Shown: positions 58,529-64,000 of the stretch, in pieces
How the letters are laid out: every line of letters begins with the position of its first letter
Position numbering within the stretch: the stretch's first letter is position 1
Origin: Fimbriimonadales bacterium
GTDB taxonomy: Bacteria > Armatimonadota > Fimbriimonadia > Fimbriimonadales > JABRVX01
Direction of reading: 5' to 3'
NCBI GenBank assembly: GCA_045862955.1
Contig: BTVI01000001.1
Coordinates: 64,001-128,000, forward strand
DNA length: 64,000 nt
Position numbers and translations under genes: made by a program
Notes under the pieces: model-generated
What the model was told of the DNA's origin: nothing
Seen by the model: the letters and a program-made list of their open reading frames with translations, nothing else
Database searches by the model: none

Positions 58529-59908
58529 ATGCGCACGGTTATCGAACCCTTTCGCATAAAGAGCGTGGAGCCGATCCGCTTTACGACTCGAGAGGAACGT
58601 GAGATACTTCTGCGACAGGCACACTACAACCCCTTCCTACTTCACGCAGACGACGTAATGTTCGACCTGCTGACGGACAGCGGCACTGCCGCCATGTCTT
58701 CGGCACAGTGGGCTGCGATCATGCAGGGCGACGAGAGCTACGCCGGCAGCCGGAGCTTCTACCGCTTCGAGGAAGTGGTGAAGGATATCACCGGACTGAA
58801 GCACGTGATCCCGACGCATCAAGGCCGAGCAGCGGAGAGGATCCTTTTCTCGCTGGTGGCGGGTGAGGGCCTGGTAATCCCCAGCAACAACCACTTCGAC
58901 ACTACACGCGCGAACATCGAACACACCGGGGCGGAAGCACTGGATCTCGTGATTCCCGAGGGCAAAGACCCGTCCTCGATGCACCCCTTCAAGGGGAATG
59001 TGGACTTGAACAGGTTGGAGGACTTGATCAAGGAGCTTGGCAGGGACGGCATCCCGCTAGGCATGGTCACAGTCACCAACAACGCGGGCGGGGGCCAGCC
59101 GGTCTCGATGGAGAACATTCGCGAGGTGTCTCGCTTGCTCCACGAGAACGGGATTCCCTTTTTCCTCGATGCGTGCCGTTTCGCTGAGAACGCGTACTTT
59201 ATCAAGATGCGCGAGCCGGGCTACGAGGACAAGAGCCCGAAGGAGATCGCGCGCGAAATGTTCTCGTACTGCGACGGCGCCACGATGAGCTGCAAGAAAG
59301 ACGGCTTGTGCAATATCGGCGGCTTCCTGGCACTCAACAGTGACGGTCTGGCGCAGCGGGCGAGGGCCAACCTCATCCTGACCGAAGGCTTTCCGACCTA
59401 CGGGGGGCTCGCCGGGCGCGACCTCGAGGCGATGGCGGTCGGCCTGACCGAGGTGCTGGACCCCCACTACCTCGAGTACCGCATGGCAAGCACGCGCTAT
59501 TTCACGCGGAAACTGAACGAGGAAGGCGTCGCGACCGTACAGCCGCCAGGTGGTCATGCAGCCTACATCGATGCGAGAGCGTTCTTGCCTCACGTGCCCA
59601 TCGAGCAGTACCCCGGCCAGGCCCTGGTCTGTGCTCTCTATTTGGTAGGGGGTATCCGTGGAGTGGAGATCGGAAGCGTGATGTTCGGAAAGCACACGGC
59701 TTCGGGAGAGACCTTCGCCGACATGGACCTGGTGCGCCTCGCCGTGCCGAGACGGGTGTACACGCAAAGTCATGTGGATTACATGGCGGAGGTGATTCTC
59801 GAGGCATTCGAGCAGCGAGAGTCGGTGCACGGGTACCGAATCACGCAGCAGGCGCCGACCCTGCGACACTTCACGGCACATTTCGAGCCGCTAAGTAATG
59901 CAGGATAG
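58529..59908 (+). CDS. tnaA: Tryptophanase (beta-eliminating lyase; tyrosine phenol-lyase not excluded)
   Basis: EPFRIKSVE, DLLTDSGT, GDESYAGS, HQGRAAE, PLP-lysine MSCKKDG and LRHFTA. Confidence 0.85.
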   Translation: MRTVIEPFRIKSVEPIRFTTREEREILLRQAHYNPFLLHADDVMFDLLTDSGTAAMSSAQWAAIMQGDESYAGSRSFYRFEEVVKDITGLKHVIPTHQGRAAERILFSLVAGEGLVIPSNNHFDTTRANIEHTGAEALDLVIPEGKDPSSMHPFKGNVDLNRLEDLIKELGRDGIPLGMVTVTNNAGGGQPVSMENIREVSRLLHENGIPFFLDACRFAENAYFIKMREPGYEDKSPKEIAREMFSYCDGATMSCKKDGLCNIGGFLALNSDGLAQRARANLILTEGFPTYGGLAGRDLEAMAVGLTEVLDPHYLEYRMASTRYFTRKLNEEGVATVQPPGGHAAYIDARAFLPHVPIEQYPGQALVCALYLVGGIRGVEIGSVMFGKHTASGETFADMDLVRLAVPRRVYTQSHVDYMAEVILEAFEQRESVHGYRITQQAPTLRHFTAHFEPLSNAG

Positions 59909-60299
59909 ATAGTGCAGTTTTCCACGAAATAGCGTCCGACGCGTCCCATTTCGGCGCAAATCCTGCTAGAATGCACGAAAGAAGCAACGGGCGAATCAGC
60001 GTTCGTCGGAATGCGCTTTCCTGACTGCACAACGTGAACCTTACGACAGTTGCGGCGCGGCTCGCCCCCCCAAGACCGCGTCAGCGACTGGAATAGCGGC
60101 CGCAACCTCCCCCCGGTTGCGGCCCGCTCTATTCGTGCCGCAGGGCTAAGGAACCTCGCCAGCGCGAGTCATGTTTAATACGACTGTCTGCACAGGCCCC
60201 GTCACCGTGGAATGGCTCGATGGCGCCTCGGGGCTTCCCGGCCAAGCCGAGATGCGAAACCGGCCGGGTGCGGATTGTGAGGAATCTAGGAGGTACTGC

Positions 60300-63182
60300 A
60301 TGTTCTTTCGTCTCTCGCGCTTGGCGCTTCCCTCCTTAGTGCTGATTCCGGCGATGATGTTGGCGGTGTCGGCGCTGGGGCAGTCGGAATTCGATGGCCG
60401 AGACCCTGTGGCCACAGTTACGGTAACTCCGCCCTCCGTCGTGGAGGACGAGATGGACGTGTACAACCGGATGATGCTCCGGCCGTTCGAGCTGACTTGG
60501 TCATGGCGACCGATGAAGCAGGACAACACCGAGCCACCTAAGATCAAGCCTGGGAAGGTGTGGAACTTCGACATCATTCAGCGGGGCGGAAGCGAGGTCG
60601 GCTTGGCGGATATCGGCTGGGATAGCGTGTCGTCGGGGTCGGTCTGGCCGCCCGACCCGATTCTAGCCGTAGGGCCCAATCACGTTCTGGTCGCGACGAA
60701 CGCAGGCTTTCGCATCTACAACAAGTCCGGAAGTCAGACTTACTCTTCTTCGTTCGGGACCTTCTTCAGCGGGCTTGCGGGGTTCACGTTCACGTCGGAC
60801 CCGCGTGTGATTTACGATCATGATAGCGGTCGGTGGTTCCTGCTGATTTTAGGGCTCAACAACAGCTACTACTCGTGGTACCTGCTCGCAGTCTCCGACG
60901 ACAGCGATCCGAACGGCACTTGGAAGAAGTACGCTATCGACTCCACTCTGAACGGGGGGACGAGCACTAACAACATGTCGGACTACCCCGGCATGGGTGT
61001 CAGCCAGGATGCGCTGTATATCACGGCAAACATGTTCAACCGGAGCACATGGAGCTTTCAGTACGTCAAGCTGCGCGTGATCCCCAAGCAGCAGTTGCTG
61101 GACTTCGCTAGCAGCATCACCTACAGCGACCTGTGGAGCATCACGAACGCAGACGGCAGCACGGCCTTCACTATCCAGCCGGCTCAGCACTGGGGCACGC
61201 CACAGGCACCGTTTCTCGCGGATGTTCAGGGCAGTAACAAGGTGAACGTCTTCGGTGTGAACAATCCGCTCGGCACCCCGTCGCTTACGAAGCGGAGCGC
61301 TACAGTAACATCGTTCTCCGCTCCGCCGTCCGCAGTTCAGCAGGGCGGATCGGTCCGACTCGACACCATCGACACTCGAACGTACAACTCCGTGTGGCGC
61401 AATAACTCGATCTACTTCGCGCACACCATCGGGCAAAGCAGCGTAGCTGCATGTCGCTGGTACCAGCTCAACACGTCCAACTGGCCGACTTCGGTGAGCG
61501 TCACCACGAGCGGCACCGTAATCACGAGCGGCGTGTACCAGTGGTTCCCGTCGGTAGCAGTCAACCAAGATAACACGTTGTTCATGGGATTCTGCCGTGC
61601 CAGTAGCAACGAGTATGCGTCCATCTACTATGCCTACCGACTGGCATCGGATCCGCCCGGCCAGATGACGGTACCGACGGTCATCAAGGCAGGCACCCGA
61701 TACTACACCGGTGAGGGCGGCAGCCCGGTACGGTGGGGCGACTACACCGGCACCGTCGTAGACCCTCAGGACGACAGGACCTTCTGGCATTTCAACGAGT
61801 ATCCGCACGCCACTTCGAGTAGCACCTGGCGGACATGGGTTCAACAAGTTACGTTGACCCCACCCGGCGATCCGACGACACTCACTGTAGCCAACGTGGC
61901 TGGCCAGATCGGCGCAACCGTCACTCTGAGTGCCACACTAACGCGCGACTCGGACGGAGCTCCCGTTTCGGGTAAGTCCATCAGTTTCAAGGTGGCATCG
62001 AACAGCGTCGGGTCCGGCACCACGAACGGTAGCGGAGTAGCAACGGTCAACTACACGATTCCGCCTAGCCTCGGCACCGGCATCAAGTCCATCCAGGCCG
62101 ACTTTGCCGGGGACGGCACCTACGCAGCCTCCACGGGTAGCGGAAACCTCAACGTGTCAAAGGCCAATTCCGTGGTCGAGGCCTACGACGCATCCGGACA
62201 CCTCGGCGAGAGCGTTAGTCTGAGTGCGAAACTCACCCGCGCGACAGATGGGGCGCCGCTCCAGGGGCAGAGCTTGAGGTTCAAAGTCCAGGGCTCAATC
62301 GTTGGAAGCGGAGACACTGGTACGAACGGCATTGCCACCATCAACTACACTCCTCAAGAGGGCGATGGCATCGGGGTCAAGACGCTAACGGTCGAGTTCG
62401 ATGGCGATACGCTGCACAACGCATCCAGCGGCACCGCAACCATGACCGTCCTAGCAGCGAACACCTCGGTGACACCAAACAATGCGAGCGGGACGAGCGG
62501 GCAGCCGGTGACGCTGACTGCGACGCTTCGACGTACCACGGATAACTTGCCCCTAGTCGGACGAACGGTGGCCTTCGACGTCGGTGGCTTCTCGGCGGGC
62601 TCCGCGGTCACGGGAGTCGGTGGAGTCGCCACGGTTAACTGGGTCATCCCGCCTGCCTTGGGTACTGGGCCTAAGACGATTACCGCGTCGTTTGCCGGCG
62701 ACAGCCTTTACAACGCCTCGAGCGGCACAGCCACACTCGATGTGGCCCCCGGCGGCTCGACGGTGAGCGGCGTCGTGACGCTCGAGCAGTACCTAGGCGG
62801 TCCTGGCCAGAGCGCAACGATCGAGTTCCGCGAGATCCCGTCGGGCACAGTGCTGCACAGTGCGACGATCGTGCTGGACGGCGCGGGGAACTACTCGACG
62901 CCCGATGTGCCGAATGGCACCTACGACGTGGCGGTCAAGTTCGTCAACTGGCTCCGGCAGGTGGTGCCCGGCGTCACGGTCTCCGGCCCGACCACGGTCA
63001 ACTTCTCCTTGTTCAACGGCGATGTGGACAACTCGAATGGTGTGGACCTCGTCGACCTGAACGCCATCCTGGCAACATTCGGGAATCCGGGGGGCTACGG
63101 TGACCTCAACTGGGACGCCGTCGTCAACCTGGTGGATCTGAACATCGTTCTCGCAAACTTCGGAATGACCGGAGCACCGTAA
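60300..63182 (+). CDS. Secreted protein: uncharacterised N-terminal domain, three Big_3-like Ig repeats and a C-terminal dockerin/EF-hand-like module
   Basis: AGGAGG RBS; signal peptide; PPDP..AVGPNH…DPRVIYD…RWGDY; three repeats of L[ST]A.L.R..D..P..G…F.GD..Y/H; tail NGDVDNSNGVDLVDLNAILATFG…GDLNWDAVVNLVDLNIVLANFG. Confidence 0.85.
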   Translation: MFFRLSRLALPSLVLIPAMMLAVSALGQSEFDGRDPVATVTVTPPSVVEDEMDVYNRMMLRPFELTWSWRPMKQDNTEPPKIKPGKVWNFDIIQRGGSEVGLADIGWDSVSSGSVWPPDPILAVGPNHVLVATNAGFRIYNKSGSQTYSSSFGTFFSGLAGFTFTSDPRVIYDHDSGRWFLLILGLNNSYYSWYLLAVSDDSDPNGTWKKYAIDSTLNGGTSTNNMSDYPGMGVSQDALYITANMFNRSTWSFQYVKLRVIPKQQLLDFASSITYSDLWSITNADGSTAFTIQPAQHWGTPQAPFLADVQGSNKVNVFGVNNPLGTPSLTKRSATVTSFSAPPSAVQQGGSVRLDTIDTRTYNSVWRNNSIYFAHTIGQSSVAACRWYQLNTSNWPTSVSVTTSGTVITSGVYQWFPSVAVNQDNTLFMGFCRASSNEYASIYYAYRLASDPPGQMTVPTVIKAGTRYYTGEGGSPVRWGDYTGTVVDPQDDRTFWHFNEYPHATSSSTWRTWVQQVTLTPPGDPTTLTVANVAGQIGATVTLSATLTRDSDGAPVSGKSISFKVASNSVGSGTTNGSGVATVNYTIPPSLGTGIKSIQADFAGDGTYAASTGSGNLNVSKANSVVEAYDASGHLGESVSLSAKLTRATDGAPLQGQSLRFKVQGSIVGSGDTGTNGIATINYTPQEGDGIGVKTLTVEFDGDTLHNASSGTATMTVLAANTSVTPNNASGTSGQPVTLTATLRRTTDNLPLVGRTVAFDVGGFSAGSAVTGVGGVATVNWVIPPALGTGPKTITASFAGDSLYNASSGTATLDVAPGGSTVSGVVTLEQYLGGPGQSATIEFREIPSGTVLHSATIVLDGAGNYSTPDVPNGTYDVAVKFVNWLRQVVPGVTVSGPTTVNFSLFNGDVDNSNGVDLVDLNAILATFGNPGGYGDLNWDAVVNLVDLNIVLANFGMTGAP

Positions 63183-63209
63183 GCGGCCCGCTCTGAACAT
63201 TCGACCTCG

Positions 63210-63241
63210 GAAGGGGCGCCTTTTCGGCGCCCCTTCTTTCT
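63210..63241 (+). terminator. Intrinsic terminator
   Basis: GAAGGGGCGCC-TTTTC-GGCGCCCCTTC followed by TTTCT. Confidence 0.75.
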
Positions 63242-63460
63242 AGATCAGGGTTAGGCGGCAAAGCGGGGAACCGCTTCGGCACGCTATGTGTTGACTCCTA
63301 ACGCAGAGGTTCCGATTCGGAATGTGCTGGCCTTACCCGCGTTTTCGGGTGATCTGCGGGGGACCGCGGATTCCGAATCGACTTTTGCTCATCCGCGCAC
63401 TGAGCCCAGGCTAATCGCGAGGGCCGCGGTGCATACATCTAGGAGTTTGGAGGCGAACCT

Positions 63461-64000
63461 GTGCTTAGGTTGGCATTAGCCGCAATGGCCGTGGTTCTGG
63501 CGCTGGCCGCCGGAGCGGCAGAGAGCAAGCAGGCCGCACTGCAGCGGCTGGAGCGCGATTATCCCGCCGTTCGGTTTTTTACATCGGAGGGCAAGCTTAG
63601 CCGTGTTTACGGCACCAAGATGTCCGCGTTCGGGACCCCGGAGCGGTCGGCCGATGCGTTCTTGAGGTCCTATAGCGCCGCGTTCGGCGTTCCCGCCAGC
63701 AACCTCGTGTTCGAGGCCCAGCACGAACTGATGCGGGGCAAGTTCACGGTGTTGCACTACCGACAGTTCTGCAACGGTCTAGAAGTGGACCGAGCCTGGC
63801 TCACCGTGCTGGTGAAGAACGAACCCGGCTACCCGGTAGTGTTGGCGTCCGCCAACGTGTACGACATCAACAACGTGGCCTTGACACCCATTCGGATCGG
63901 TGCCCAGGATGCAATAGCCCGCTGGGCACGCTGGTATCCCGACTTCACCTTCGGGCAGCCGGAGTTCATCGTGTATGCGCAGGACGGTATGGCTACCTAC
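63461..64000 (+). CDS. Secreted protein with FTP-like (fungalysin/thermolysin) propeptide, probable M4/M36 metallopeptidase; truncated by window end
   Basis: Manual translation from GTG after GGAGG: MLRLALAAMAVVLALAAGA-AESK…ADAFLRSYSAAFGV…TVLHYRQFCNGLEV…LTVLV; open to 64000. Confidence 0.6.
   Translation, partial: MLRLALAAMAVVLALAAGAAESKQAALQRLERDYPAVRFFTSEGKLSRVYGTKMSAFGTPERSADAFLRSYSAAFGVPASNLVFEAQHELMRGKFTVLHYRQFCNGLEVDRAWLTVLVKNEPGYPVVLASANVYDINNVALTPIRIGAQDAIARWARWYPDFTFGQPEFIVYAQDGMATY

Noticed and set aside
60135..60193. c-di-GMP-I riboswitch, suggested by GCCGCAGGGCTAAGG
   Set aside because: The upstream GCAAA elements and GNRA-capped P2 stem are not present.
30569..61847. Long antisense ORFs (e.g. 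30569-31597, 37604-38863, 44829-45956, 48727-49893, 60849-61847)
   Set aside because: They lie opposite well-supported genes and carry no recognisable motifs, as expected in high-GC DNA.

Overview
GC-rich bacterial chromosomal segment with no rRNA, tRNA, CRISPR array or transposase recognised. Gene content (DUF1559-like prepilin inside a sugar locus, FlgD-Ig-tailed and dockerin-like-tailed secreted proteins) suggests Armatimonadota (Fimbriimonadia-like); this is inference. Housekeeping and regulatory genes: mraZ (truncated), dapF, rex, nadB, coaE, rpsA, pdp/deoA, pspA, acnA, tnaA. Two accessory blocks stand out. (1) 10.9-27.2 kb is a LacI-controlled glucan utilisation locus: two GH144/glucoamylase-family paralogues, a GH94 phosphorylase, a fused solute-binding protein-permease, a discoidin/six-hairpin glycosidase, an embedded type IV-like pilin and a secreted tandem-domain protein. 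A recurring TTGCTGAAA-N2-TTTCAGCAA palindrome links it together, and a PilB/GspE ATPase and an ANTAR regulator lie just upstream. (2) 29.6-47.2 kb is a tightly packed seven-gene minus-strand operon of exported proteins. Three share a ~400-aa C-terminal module ending in a FlgD-Ig-like domain and V-L-[TK]-R. They are co-encoded with two CsgG-like proteins and an Ig plus LptD-like outer-membrane barrel. Block 2 is the best candidate for an undescribed secretion or surface-display system. All family calls are from motif recognition by eye; no database search was run.
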